A stretch of DNA of 52,129 bases. It comes from an uncultured Thiotrichaceae bacterium. GTDB taxonomy: Bacteria > Pseudomonadota > Gammaproteobacteria > SZUA-229. Numbering within the stretch: position 1 is the stretch's first letter; each line of letters opens with the position of its first letter. The stretch is from positions 1-52,129 of the forward strand of contig CAZFUY010000005.1 in NCBI GenBank assembly GCA_964522445.1, written 5' to 3'. Shown one piece after another: positions 9,018 through 18,495 of the stretch. Below the pieces are notes generated by a model. That model was not told where the DNA came from, searched no databases, and worked only from the letters and a program-made list of their open reading frames with translations. The translations under genes and the position numbers were made by a program.

Positions 9018-9898
9018 TGAGTAAGATAGAAGAGGCATTAAAAAAAGCCAAAGAAAACCGAGACTCTAATATTAGATCTATTAGATCAGTCGATGCCAAA
9101 GCATCAAGCGTTAAAGATCTTGTTGCAAAAGATAATAATGAGATATCAACGGTTGACTGGAGATCCTCAACAAAAGAAATTGCTCTCATGGATGAAGGTG
9201 AAATTTTAGAAAACAAACAGCTATCCGAATTAAAAATTATTTTTTCGGAAATGTCAGATAATAAAATTGCCAATACCTATCGAGACCTGAGAACCAGGTT
9301 GATACAAAAAAGTCAGAGTAAAAACTTTATTGTAATGGTTACGTCCTGTTTACCTGGTTCAGCAAGCAGTTCTGTTGCCCTAAATCTATCAACAGCATTT
9401 TCTTTTGATGAAAGTAAAACTTCATTATTAATTGATTGTGACCTTAATAACCCAAAACTTGATGCATTATTGGGCATGGAGTCTGACCAGGGACTTACTG
9501 ACTATCTGGAAAATGAAGATATAGACATTGATGTTATTCTGCATAAAACGGGTATTAAACGATTAAGAATGATTCCTGCAGGAGCATCAAGAGAAACAGC
9601 TACCGAATATTTTACATCACTAAGAATGAGGGAGTTAATGTCTAATTTACTCACTCGTTATTCAGACCGTTATATATTTATTGATTCAGCCCCAATTGCT
9701 GATTCAGCAGACACACGTATTTTAGTTGAACTATGTGATTATGTACTTTTAGTTGTGCCTTATGGAACTGCAACAAAAAATAGAATTAAAGCAGCAGCAG
9801 ATGCTATAGGTTCTGAAAAATTACTTGGTGTTGTTTTTAATGATATCCCAAAATTACCAAGCTTTAGAGTTCCTGGCTTTGGTCGATCAAAAGCATAA
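9017..9898 (+). CDS. CpsD/CapB-like (BY-kinase family) cytoplasmic partner with degenerate Walker A
   Basis: MSKIEEALKKA start, YRDLRTRL, VMVTSCLPGSASS (no GK), LLIDCDL, IFIDSAP, LGVVFN; no C-terminal Tyr cluster. Confidence 0.85.
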   Translation: MSKIEEALKKAKENRDSNIRSIRSVDAKASSVKDLVAKDNNEISTVDWRSSTKEIALMDEGEILENKQLSELKIIFSEMSDNKIANTYRDLRTRLIQKSQSKNFIVMVTSCLPGSASSSVALNLSTAFSFDESKTSLLIDCDLNNPKLDALLGMESDQGLTDYLENEDIDIDVILHKTGIKRLRMIPAGASRETATEYFTSLRMRELMSNLLTRYSDRYIFIDSAPIADSADTRILVELCDYVLLVVPYGTATKNRIKAAADAIGSEKLLGVVFNDIPKLPSFRVPGFGRSKA

Positions 9899-9922
9899 GC
9901 AGTGTAGGTTTAATTAGTCGTT

Positions 9923-11203
9923 ATGTTCACTGTGCAAAAATATATCAGGTTGCTTTTTTTGCTGTTTATTTCATATAGCGTGTCTGCAACTGAAGTTAAC
10001 TACTCTGTTGGTGTAACAATATCTAAGTATGATAATCTAAATCTTGTACAAAACCCTGTACAGGAAGAAACTTCTGAATCTATTATTGGTACGCTCTCTA
10101 TTGTTGAAAATACAGTTAATTTAGTCGCTAATCTTAATGCATCATTACGAACTACCAATTATCAGAATAATCAATCTGATGATGAGAACTTAGGTAATCT
10201 AGTTGCTAATGCATTATGGGTTATCAGTCCAGGACGTTACGAATGGTTTGTTTCAGATACTTTTACACAAACATTGGCTAATACCTTTTCTGCAGACACA
10301 CCAAATAACAGGCAAAATACCAATGCTTTTTCAACTGGCCCTAACTTCATTTGGAGAATTAACTCTAGAAATAATTTGAATATAGAAGCAAGGGCAGAAA
10401 CAACTTCATTTGAGAGTTCACAGACTGTTACTGATGCTGATAATAATCGTGTGAGAATAGCAACTAGTTGGGAACACCAACTGCAAGTGGCATCATTATT
10501 ATCATTGAATTATACAACTGAAGCAGTTAACTTTGACGATGAAGTTTCTAATACAAATTTTGATAGAAATGATTTGTTTTTTAGGCTCATATATCAACGA
10601 GGGATAAATACATTTGAAGCGGATGCAGGTATTACACGTCTTGATATTGCAAATACGATAGATGAAACCCGTTTTAGATTGTCTGTATTAAATACAAGAA
10701 CAAGAACATCAACAATACAATTAGAAATAAACAGAAATCTTACTGATACAGCTAGTAACTTACTTAATCAGCCGTCAGGAAATACTGTAAATACAGGGTC
10801 TGAGGTTAGCACAGCTGATGTTTTTCTGGATAAAACAGCAAGAATTGTCTATAACAAAACATTGGTTTCCGGTAGCTTTAATATTGATATAAATAAAACA
10901 ATCAATGACTATCAGCAACAAAATCAATTAGATCAGATAGAAAAAGGTGTATTAATAACAGGTGTCTGGAATGTTCAACGAGCATCACAGCTCTCATTAA
11001 CGGCTCGATACATTAATTCTATTTATAATAATGTGTCTCGTGAAGATGACGACTATTTATATTCATTGCTATATACATACAGTGCCCGTCGTCATATTAC
11101 TGTTGGTTTACAAACTACTGCCCAAGAAAGAGAAAGTAGTGATCCAATAAACAACTATAATGATTTTAGAGTTATTCTCTCATTAACCTATAGCACTCAA
11201 TAA
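9923..11203 (+). CDS. Outer-membrane beta-barrel protein of EPS/PEP-CTERM loci
   Basis: Signal peptide (..SVSA/TE), YDNL near the N-terminus, alternating amphipathic strands, C-terminal strand RVILSLTY; typical position between kinase and ATPase. Confidence 0.75.
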   Translation: MFTVQKYIRLLFLLFISYSVSATEVNYSVGVTISKYDNLNLVQNPVQEETSESIIGTLSIVENTVNLVANLNASLRTTNYQNNQSDDENLGNLVANALWVISPGRYEWFVSDTFTQTLANTFSADTPNNRQNTNAFSTGPNFIWRINSRNNLNIEARAETTSFESSQTVTDADNNRVRIATSWEHQLQVASLLSLNYTTEAVNFDDEVSNTNFDRNDLFFRLIYQRGINTFEADAGITRLDIANTIDETRFRLSVLNTRTRTSTIQLEINRNLTDTASNLLNQPSGNTVNTGSEVSTADVFLDKTARIVYNKTLVSGSFNIDINKTINDYQQQNQLDQIEKGVLITGVWNVQRASQLSLTARYINSIYNNVSREDDDYLYSLLYTYSARRHITVGLQTTAQERESSDPINNYNDFRVILSLTYSTQ

Positions 11204-11215
11204 GGAATTGAATCA

Positions 11216-12247
11216 ATGTATCTAGATTTCTTTGGACTCAAAGATTTTCCATTCAGAATAACACCTGATACAGATTATCTGTATATGAGTTCAGCGCATT
11301 CTCGTGCCAAGGCATATATGGAATACGCTATTTTTAACCGCGAAGGCTTTGTTGTAATAACAGGGGAAATAGGTTCTGGAAAGACAACTTTAATTAAAAA
11401 GTTATTAATGGAGCTTGATGAAAATGTAATAGTTGCAAAAATATTTCAAACTCAGCTTGATGAAGTAGAGTTGTTGCAGGCTATATTAGTTGAATTTGGT
11501 TTAAATCCATTTACAGCGAAAAAAGTAGAATTATTAAACATGATCAACCAGTTTCTTGTTAATAGTTACCTGGATGGGAAACAGGTGCTGTTGATAATTG
11601 ATGATGCTCAAAATCTTAGTAAGCGTGTTTTAGAAGAAGTTACCATGCTATCTAGCGTGGAAACACAAAAGGAAAAAATATTACATGTGATTTTAGTGGG
11701 CCAACCAGAACTTAATCATAAACTTGAAGCGCAGGATATGGAGCAACTTTTACAACGAGTTAGTTTACGTTATCACGTACGAGCGCTGACAGAAGAAGAA
11801 ACAAAAGAATATGTTATTCATCGACTTAAAATAGCTGGCTTAAATAATCAGGTATTTGAAGATTCAATTTATCCATATATTTTCGAATATAGCGGAGGCA
11901 TTCCCCGCTTAATTAATACTTTATGTGATACCGCACTTACATGCTCTTATGCTGATAATGAAAAAGAAGTTAATAACGATGAATTTAAGAGTGCCATTAA
12001 TGAACTTCAATGGGGAAAGTTTTCTGAGAGAATAAAAAATAACAATTCTCAGATGATTGAAAATGATAATCTTTATGACACAGATATGTTGGGCAAAGAT
12101 ATACTTAAATCAGCTGATGCAAGAGACCTGATTCAGGGAGCTTATGGTCCTATCTCATCCAGAGCATTAGTTGAAATATCTCGTCAGTTAAAAAGAATAG
12201 CAGATCATCTTGATGGTAAATCTAGAAATATAGGTGACAAAAACTAA
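11216..12247 (+). CDS. ExeA-like AAA ATPase, PEP-CTERM-locus type
   Basis: MYLDFFGLKDFPF, Walker A GEIGSGKT, Walker B LLIIDDAQNL, LVGQPEL, GGIPRLIN. Confidence 0.9.
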   Translation: MYLDFFGLKDFPFRITPDTDYLYMSSAHSRAKAYMEYAIFNREGFVVITGEIGSGKTTLIKKLLMELDENVIVAKIFQTQLDEVELLQAILVEFGLNPFTAKKVELLNMINQFLVNSYLDGKQVLLIIDDAQNLSKRVLEEVTMLSSVETQKEKILHVILVGQPELNHKLEAQDMEQLLQRVSLRYHVRALTEEETKEYVIHRLKIAGLNNQVFEDSIYPYIFEYSGGIPRLINTLCDTALTCSYADNEKEVNNDEFKSAINELQWGKFSERIKNNNSQMIENDNLYDTDMLGKDILKSADARDLIQGAYGPISSRALVEISRQLKRIADHLDGKSRNIGDKN

Positions 12248-12249
12248 AA

Positions 12250-14190
12250 ATGTGTGGCATTGCTGGCATATTAAATATTTCTGAAGGTTCTGCACCAGAA
12301 AGATTAGAATTAAAGAAAATGATTACGATGTTAAAGCACCGTGGTCCAGATGATTATGGGTACTATACTGATGCATCCATAGGCTTAGCACATGCTCGTT
12401 TAAGTATTATTGATCTTGAAAATGGTCATCAGCCTATTCATGATGGAGAGAAAAATATATGGATTGTATTTAATGGTGAGATATTTAATTACATTGAATT
12501 GCGTAAGGATCTAGTTAAAGATGGTGTTAAATTCTATACGCATTCAGATACTGAAGTTATTGTTCACTTATATAAAAAATACGGGCTTGATTTTGTAAAT
12601 TATCTTAATGGGCAGTTTTCAATTGCTTTATGGGATAAGACAAGAAAACGTCTTGTGTTAATAAGAGATAGAGTTGGAATTGACCCTTTATTTTATTATA
12701 AAGAAGACAACCGTTTTTACTTTGCATCAGAAATAAAATCGATTTTACCCTGCATGAAAAATAGTCCTCGACTAAATGCCCATGCATTAGATCAGTTATT
12801 AACATTTTGGTCTCCTGTATCACCTAATTCATTATTTGAGAATATTTATGAAGTTCGCCCAGGTGAAATGACCTTAATTGAAAATAATAATATTAGCCAT
12901 CATCGTTATTGGGAGTGGGAATTTCCTACTGATAATAGTGATAATTATTTGCAGGGTAGTGAGGACGAACTAGTAGAAGAGTTGCACGACAAAATGGTTG
13001 AAGCAACAAAAATACGTTTGCGCTCTGACGTGCCTGTTGCTGCTTATTTATCTGGCGGATTAGATTCGTCTGCTCTTGTTTCCATAATACATCATCATGG
13101 TAATGTACCGCTAAGAACATTCTCTATAGGCTTTAAAGATAAGAAGCTAGATGAATCTAGCTATCAGCAGAAACTTATTAAACATTTAGGTGCTGATCAC
13201 AGTAGTATTGTTTGTTCAACTAAAGATATATCAGATAATTTTGAAAAAACAATCTGGCATACTGAGTCTACTATACTTAGAACAGCCCCAACCCCCATGA
13301 TGTTGTTGTCAGGGCTGGTTCATGAAAACCAATATAAAGTAGTATTAACAGGCGAAGGTGCTGATGAGGTATTTGGAGGATATGATATTTTCAAAGAAGG
13401 TAAAATCAGGCAGTTTTGGGCAAAAAATATAAATTCAAATATTCGGCCACTTTTATTAAAGCGCCTGTATCCTTATTTAGATATCAGCAAGTCTAATTCA
13501 AGAGCTTATTTAGAAGCATTCTTTGGTATAGGTTTAGATCAACCTGATGTTCCATATTTTGCGCACTTACCCCGTTGGGATACGACCTCAAAATCAAAAG
13601 CGTTTTATTCAGAAGAAATGAAAGCAAGTTTAAATGAAAACTCTATTGATAAACTATCACAATCTTTGCATAAAAATATAAGCAGCTGGCATACATTTAA
13701 TCGATCTCAATATATTGAGGCAAGGTCATTAATGGCCGGTTATCTTTTATCCTCACAGGGCGATAGAATGCTTATGTCAAACTCGGTAGAAGGGCGTTTT
13801 CCCTTTCTGGATCATAATGTCATTGAATTTGCTAATAAACTACACCCTAAACTTAAAATGAAAGTTCTTAATGAAAAATATTTATTAAAAAAATCAATGA
13901 AGCGTTATTTGCCTGATGAAATTATTAATCGTCACAAACAACCTTATCGTGCTCCAGATATACCCGCTTTTTTTCATGACAAAATGCCAGATTATGTGAA
14001 TGACCTATTATCAGAGAGTTCAATCAAGGAGTCAGATTATTTTGATTCAAAGAAAGTAGCAATACTATTAAGAAAAATAAATGCAGGTAAGGCAACAGGT
14101 TATAAAGATAACATGACCCTGATGGCTATTTTATCTACACAAATGTGGCATCATCTGTTCATTAAAAATCATGCAAATTATATTCATTAA
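12250..14190 (+). CDS. asnB: Asparagine-synthase-like glutamine amidotransferase (copy 1)
   Basis: MCGIAG (Cys2 nucleophile), HRGPD, RLSIID, FNGEIFN, SGGLDSS, GEGADE, EGRFPFLD. Confidence 0.92.
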   Translation: MCGIAGILNISEGSAPERLELKKMITMLKHRGPDDYGYYTDASIGLAHARLSIIDLENGHQPIHDGEKNIWIVFNGEIFNYIELRKDLVKDGVKFYTHSDTEVIVHLYKKYGLDFVNYLNGQFSIALWDKTRKRLVLIRDRVGIDPLFYYKEDNRFYFASEIKSILPCMKNSPRLNAHALDQLLTFWSPVSPNSLFENIYEVRPGEMTLIENNNISHHRYWEWEFPTDNSDNYLQGSEDELVEELHDKMVEATKIRLRSDVPVAAYLSGGLDSSALVSIIHHHGNVPLRTFSIGFKDKKLDESSYQQKLIKHLGADHSSIVCSTKDISDNFEKTIWHTESTILRTAPTPMMLLSGLVHENQYKVVLTGEGADEVFGGYDIFKEGKIRQFWAKNINSNIRPLLLKRLYPYLDISKSNSRAYLEAFFGIGLDQPDVPYFAHLPRWDTTSKSKAFYSEEMKASLNENSIDKLSQSLHKNISSWHTFNRSQYIEARSLMAGYLLSSQGDRMLMSNSVEGRFPFLDHNVIEFANKLHPKLKMKVLNEKYLLKKSMKRYLPDEIINRHKQPYRAPDIPAFFHDKMPDYVNDLLSESSIKESDYFDSKKVAILLRKINAGKATGYKDNMTLMAILSTQMWHHLFIKNHANYIH

Positions 14191-14205
14191 ATATAGAGGT
14201 TAATT

Positions 14206-14451
14206 ATGGAATTTGAAAAAAAATTAAGAGCATTTATTCTGGAAAATTATCTATTTACAGATGACGAGTCACAACTAAACAATAGTGACTCTTTTCTTGA
14301 TTCTGGAATTATTGACTCAACAGGTATACTAGAAGTAATTACGTTTATTCAGGATGAATTAGATTTAACTGTTGAGGATGAAGAAATGATTCCTGAGAAT
14401 CTGGATTCTATTAATAATATTATTGCTTATGTGGCGAAGAAGACTGGATAA
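14206..14451 (+). CDS. Acyl carrier protein
   Basis: 81 aa, very acidic, GIIDSTG phosphopantetheine-attachment motif, PENLDSI; GAGG RBS. Confidence 0.9.
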   Translation: MEFEKKLRAFILENYLFTDDESQLNNSDSFLDSGIIDSTGILEVITFIQDELDLTVEDEEMIPENLDSINNIIAYVAKKTG

Positions 14452-14452
14452 A

Positions 14453-15976
14453 ATGGCTTCTTCTATTGTTGAAAGAGTTATAGAAAACTTTGTCAGTCAA
14501 ACTGACAAGGTTGCAATTCAACAACAAAATATTAATAAAACCTATCGAGATCTTCAGCTTGCCTCACAATCAATAGCATCATATCTTCTAAAAAATGGTT
14601 TGAATAAAGGCGATAGAGTTGCTCTGCTTATTGAGAATTCATTTGAATATGTTGCTGCTTATTATGGAGTGTTATTGTCAGGTGGAGTTGTTGTTGCACT
14701 TAATTCAGCAGCTAAATCTAATGATTTGTGTAACTGGATAAGCCACTCTGGGGCAAGCTGGTTATTTACTATAGGAAAAAATCCTGAAATAGAAGATATT
14801 ACAGTTGAACTTTCTAGTAAAATAAAATATGTAGTTGTTGGTAAACATAAAATTAAATCTAATTTAAATATTGAAAGTTTTGAGAGTGTTTTAACTACAG
14901 TTATAGTAGAGAAATTTCCTGTTTTATTAGGTGAAGATAATGCAACTATTATTTACACATCTGGAACAACGGGTCAACCTAAAGGCGTTACGCTAACACA
15001 TACCAATTTGTTAGCGAATATGGAGTCGATTCTTGAATACATGCCTGTTGTTAGCAATGATCGCTGTTTAAATGTTTTGCCCTTTTATTATTCCTATGGT
15101 AATTCAGTGCTCCATATCCATATGATGGCTGGTGCAACTATTGTTCTGGAAAATTCATTTGTATTTCCACATGTTGTATTAAAAAAAATGCAAGATGAGA
15201 AAATCACATCTTTTTCTGGAGTGCCATCAACTTATGCGCTTTTATTAAATAGAACTAAACTTTCAGATTTTGACTTATCTTCTATTCGATACATGACTCA
15301 GGCTGGCGGCGCTATGTTGCCAGCTCATATTGAGCAATTAAGGTCTTATTTGCCTGATGTGGAATTTATTGTCATGTATGGTCAAACTGAAGCAACTGCG
15401 AGACTTGCTTATTTACCCTATGATCAACTTGATGAAAAAATGTCATCAGCAGGCAAAGCTATACCTGGTGTAACTTTGGAAATTCGAGATAACCAGGGAA
15501 AAAAACTTCCTTTAGGGGGACAGGGTGAGATTTATGCTTCTGGTAAAAATATTATGAAATGTTACTGGAATGATGAAAAGCTAACATCTACCGTGCTATT
15601 TGATGGTTGGCTAAAAACAGGAGACCTGGCTAGTCAGGATGATGATGGATTTATTTATATTATTGGACGCAAAACTGAAATGATTAAATCGGGAGCACAT
15701 AGGATAAGCCCGCTTGATATTGAAGAATCAATTTTACGATGTAATGGTGTTGGTGAAGTTGCAGTTATAGGGAAAAAAGATGAAATATTAGGGCAGGTTA
15801 TCAAAGCATTTATTGTATCTAAAGAGAATGTAAAATTAGAAAAAAGAGATATACAACGTCATTGTAAGAAAAGTCTGGCTGCATACAAAATACCAAAATT
15901 TATAGAGTTTATTGATGAATTACCAAAAACAGCATCAGGAAAACTGAAGCGATTTGAATTAGAAGATTTATATTAA
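14453..15976 (+). CDS. AMP-dependent acyl-CoA/acyl-ACP ligase (ANL superfamily)
   Basis: YTSGTTGQPKG, MYGQTEA, KTGDL, GRKTEMIK, LPKTASGK. Start set to ATG 14453 just after the ACP stop rather than 14423. Confidence 0.9.
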   Translation: MASSIVERVIENFVSQTDKVAIQQQNINKTYRDLQLASQSIASYLLKNGLNKGDRVALLIENSFEYVAAYYGVLLSGGVVVALNSAAKSNDLCNWISHSGASWLFTIGKNPEIEDITVELSSKIKYVVVGKHKIKSNLNIESFESVLTTVIVEKFPVLLGEDNATIIYTSGTTGQPKGVTLTHTNLLANMESILEYMPVVSNDRCLNVLPFYYSYGNSVLHIHMMAGATIVLENSFVFPHVVLKKMQDEKITSFSGVPSTYALLLNRTKLSDFDLSSIRYMTQAGGAMLPAHIEQLRSYLPDVEFIVMYGQTEATARLAYLPYDQLDEKMSSAGKAIPGVTLEIRDNQGKKLPLGGQGEIYASGKNIMKCYWNDEKLTSTVLFDGWLKTGDLASQDDDGFIYIIGRKTEMIKSGAHRISPLDIEESILRCNGVGEVAVIGKKDEILGQVIKAFIVSKENVKLEKRDIQRHCKKSLAAYKIPKFIEFIDELPKTASGKLKRFELEDLY

Positions 15977-15987
15977 AGGAAATTATT

Positions 15988-16992
15988 ATGGCCACAAAAT
16001 TAACAGATAATATTCTTGATCTTGATTATGAAGCAGAGGCGGACCGCATTTGTGCTAATTTAAGAAAAATTCTGAGTAAAAAACTTAAAAGACGTGGTCT
16101 TGTTGTTGCCATGTCTGGAGGTATTGATAGTTCAGTTTCTTCTGCGCTTGCAGTAAGAGCTTTAGGAAAGAAGAAGGTTTTTGGCATCTTATTACCAGAG
16201 CAGGATTCTTCTGACGATAGCACTGATCGCGGAAAGATATTAGCTGAACATTATGGTATAGAATATATTAAACAAGATATTAGAGAGCCACTAGCTGCTA
16301 TTGGTTGTTATGAGTGGCGTGATCAGGCTATAAAGAAAACATTTCCTGAATATGGAGATGGCTGGAAAAATAAAATAATTATTTCTGGTGGTGCTGAAGG
16401 TACTTTTAATTATTTTAAATTAGTGGTGCAAAACCCTGCTGGTGAAATGATGGAGAAGCGCCTTGAGCTTAAAGAGTATTTACAAATTGTAGCCGCTACA
16501 AATTATAAACAACGTATACGTAAGGCAATTGAATACTTTCATGCTGATCGTTTGAATTATGCTGTTGTCGGTACACCTAATCGTCTTGAATATGATCAGG
16601 GTTTTTTCGTGAAAAATGGTGATGGTTCAGCTGATGTGAAACCAATTACACATTTATATAAATCACAGGTTTATGCTATGGCTAGACATTTACAATTACC
16701 AGAAGTAATTTGTAGCGCTATACCTACTACTGACACATATAGCTTACCCCAGGGACAGGATGAATTTTATTTTGCATTACCATATCAGAAAATGGATGTA
16801 GCATTATGGTCTCTTAATCATAATGTTCCTGCCTCTGAATTAGCTTCGTATTTAGAAATAACAAAAGAACAGGCCGAGTTTATATATAGAGATATTCATA
16901 GTAAACGGGTAACCACTCATTATATGCATGCAAAAGCTTACCTTGTAGATGATGAGCCATCTAGAGAGCTTGAAGCTGCGCTAAAGAAATAA
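15988..16992 (+). CDS. nadE: NAD synthetase (NadE)-like N-type ATP pyrophosphatase, no glutaminase domain
   Basis: PP-loop AMSGGIDSSV, NYKQRIRK, GTPNRLE..GFFVKNGDG.AD..PI..LYKSQV; central insertion relative to housekeeping NadE, so probably not the NAD-pathway enzyme. Confidence 0.8.
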   Translation: MATKLTDNILDLDYEAEADRICANLRKILSKKLKRRGLVVAMSGGIDSSVSSALAVRALGKKKVFGILLPEQDSSDDSTDRGKILAEHYGIEYIKQDIREPLAAIGCYEWRDQAIKKTFPEYGDGWKNKIIISGGAEGTFNYFKLVVQNPAGEMMEKRLELKEYLQIVAATNYKQRIRKAIEYFHADRLNYAVVGTPNRLEYDQGFFVKNGDGSADVKPITHLYKSQVYAMARHLQLPEVICSAIPTTDTYSLPQGQDEFYFALPYQKMDVALWSLNHNVPASELASYLEITKEQAEFIYRDIHSKRVTTHYMHAKAYLVDDEPSRELEAALKK

Positions 16993-16993
16993 A

Positions 16994-18046
16994 ATGGCAT
17001 ATGAATTACGAGAATTAGTCCTGTCTGAGGATAGAGACTTTCTGGTCGATATACTGGAAAGTAATCTTCAGTTTTCTAATGGTGCCAATAATGTTATTAA
17101 CTGGAATAATGAAAAATCCAGATATCCAGCACAATGTATGATTTTAGAGAATGTGTCTGAGAATAATAAAAAAGAAAAAATTGGCAATATCTGTACTTTT
17201 TATCGTGATTTTAATTATTTTGGTAAAAGGATGAAAGTTGGTATTTTTGGCAATTTAGTTATTGATGAAAAATACCGTAGCCTTCAACCTGCACTAATTT
17301 TAACAAAAGGAAATGCTAAAAAATCGGTTGATAGCTTGCCTTTCCTTTATGTGTTTCCCAATGAAAAAGCTATAGGTGTTTTTAAGATATCAGGCTTCAA
17401 GATTATAGGAGACTTAATCCGATATGCGCATATAAATAGCTATAATTGTTTTCTTGGAGAAAGACTTCCTGTTATAGGAAACATTGCTGGTTCTTTTATT
17501 GATCTGGTTAAAAAAATCTTTTTCTCAATTCAATACATGATTAAGGCTAATAATTATACATCGCGAATTGAAAATACGTTCTCTTCTTCTTTAAAAAAAC
17601 TGTTTAAAAATAGTTTGTTGAGTGAATTTATATGTAATTATCGTGATAATGAGTATATGAACTGGCGTTATATTGATAATCCTGAATATGATTTTCAAAT
17701 ATTAAATTGTTACAGGAAAAAAGAGAAAGAAGAAGAGTTGGTTGCAACCTGCGTTTTTGATGTTGATAAAAATGTATTATTTATTAGAGACCTTATTTTC
17801 AAAGATGAAAAGTCATTTTATATTGTCATAGGCGCATTAAAAAAATGGTCTACTAAAAATAATATTAAGTCTATTTCAATTAGATTTATGGGGGCATCTA
17901 TTGTTAAGAGGCTCCTTAAACATAATGGGTTTTATGAACGTGAATCTGGAAGAGTTGTTGTTACAAAAACAAATAATAAATCTATGCTAGCCAATCTTAC
18001 TGATCACAATAACTGGTTTATTCTTGATGGGGATGAAGATATATAA
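16994..18046 (+). CDS. GNAT-family (two-domain, Fem-like) acyltransferase
   Basis: NLVIDEKYR motif A, YVFPNEKA, R..EYMNWRY..NP pattern typical of EPS-locus GNATs. Confidence 0.7.
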   Translation: MAYELRELVLSEDRDFLVDILESNLQFSNGANNVINWNNEKSRYPAQCMILENVSENNKKEKIGNICTFYRDFNYFGKRMKVGIFGNLVIDEKYRSLQPALILTKGNAKKSVDSLPFLYVFPNEKAIGVFKISGFKIIGDLIRYAHINSYNCFLGERLPVIGNIAGSFIDLVKKIFFSIQYMIKANNYTSRIENTFSSSLKKLFKNSLLSEFICNYRDNEYMNWRYIDNPEYDFQILNCYRKKEKEEELVATCVFDVDKNVLFIRDLIFKDEKSFYIVIGALKKWSTKNNIKSISIRFMGASIVKRLLKHNGFYERESGRVVVTKTNNKSMLANLTDHNNWFILDGDEDI

Positions 18047-18067
18047 TGTTAATTATATGGTGTTTTT

Positions 18068-18493
18068 ATGGAATGTGATTTAGATCATATATGCTTGGCC
18101 GTAAGATCAATAGAAAAAGCTGCAGATAAGATATGTCAATATCTTGGTTATGAAATTAAAACAAAGAAAATATTAAATACTAAACAGGATGTTTATGTTC
18201 AGTTTCTTGGAAAACCAGGATCAATAGATTTTAAATTAATTATGCCGGGAAGTTTAAAATCTCCTATTATTTCGTTCCTCAAGAAGAATGGAGAAGGCTT
18301 ACATCATGTGGGTCTTAAAACAGACAATGTAAAAAAAGCACTGGAAGAGGTTAAAAAAAAGGGGGCTATATCTACACTCCCTCCTGAGAAGGGCGAGGCA
18401 TTTTGCAATGAATTAATCGCTTTTGCTTATTTAGGCAATGGTTTAAATGCCGAATTCATAGATACAGATAAACGAGTTTTTATAGAAGAATAA
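18068..18493 (+). CDS. VOC-family protein (methylmalonyl-CoA epimerase-like)
   Basis: LDHICLAVRSIEKA, SPIISFLKKNGEGLHHVGL, NAEFID. Confidence 0.82.
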   Translation: MECDLDHICLAVRSIEKAADKICQYLGYEIKTKKILNTKQDVYVQFLGKPGSIDFKLIMPGSLKSPIISFLKKNGEGLHHVGLKTDNVKKALEEVKKKGAISTLPPEKGEAFCNELIAFAYLGNGLNAEFIDTDKRVFIEE

Positions 18494-18495
18494 TC

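Noticed and set aside
12250-18493. Stand-alone NRPS/PKS or lasso-peptide cluster
   Set aside because: No condensation or ketosynthase domains, precursor peptide or B-protein; both AsnB copies keep Cys2 glutaminase domains and sit within the EPS operon.
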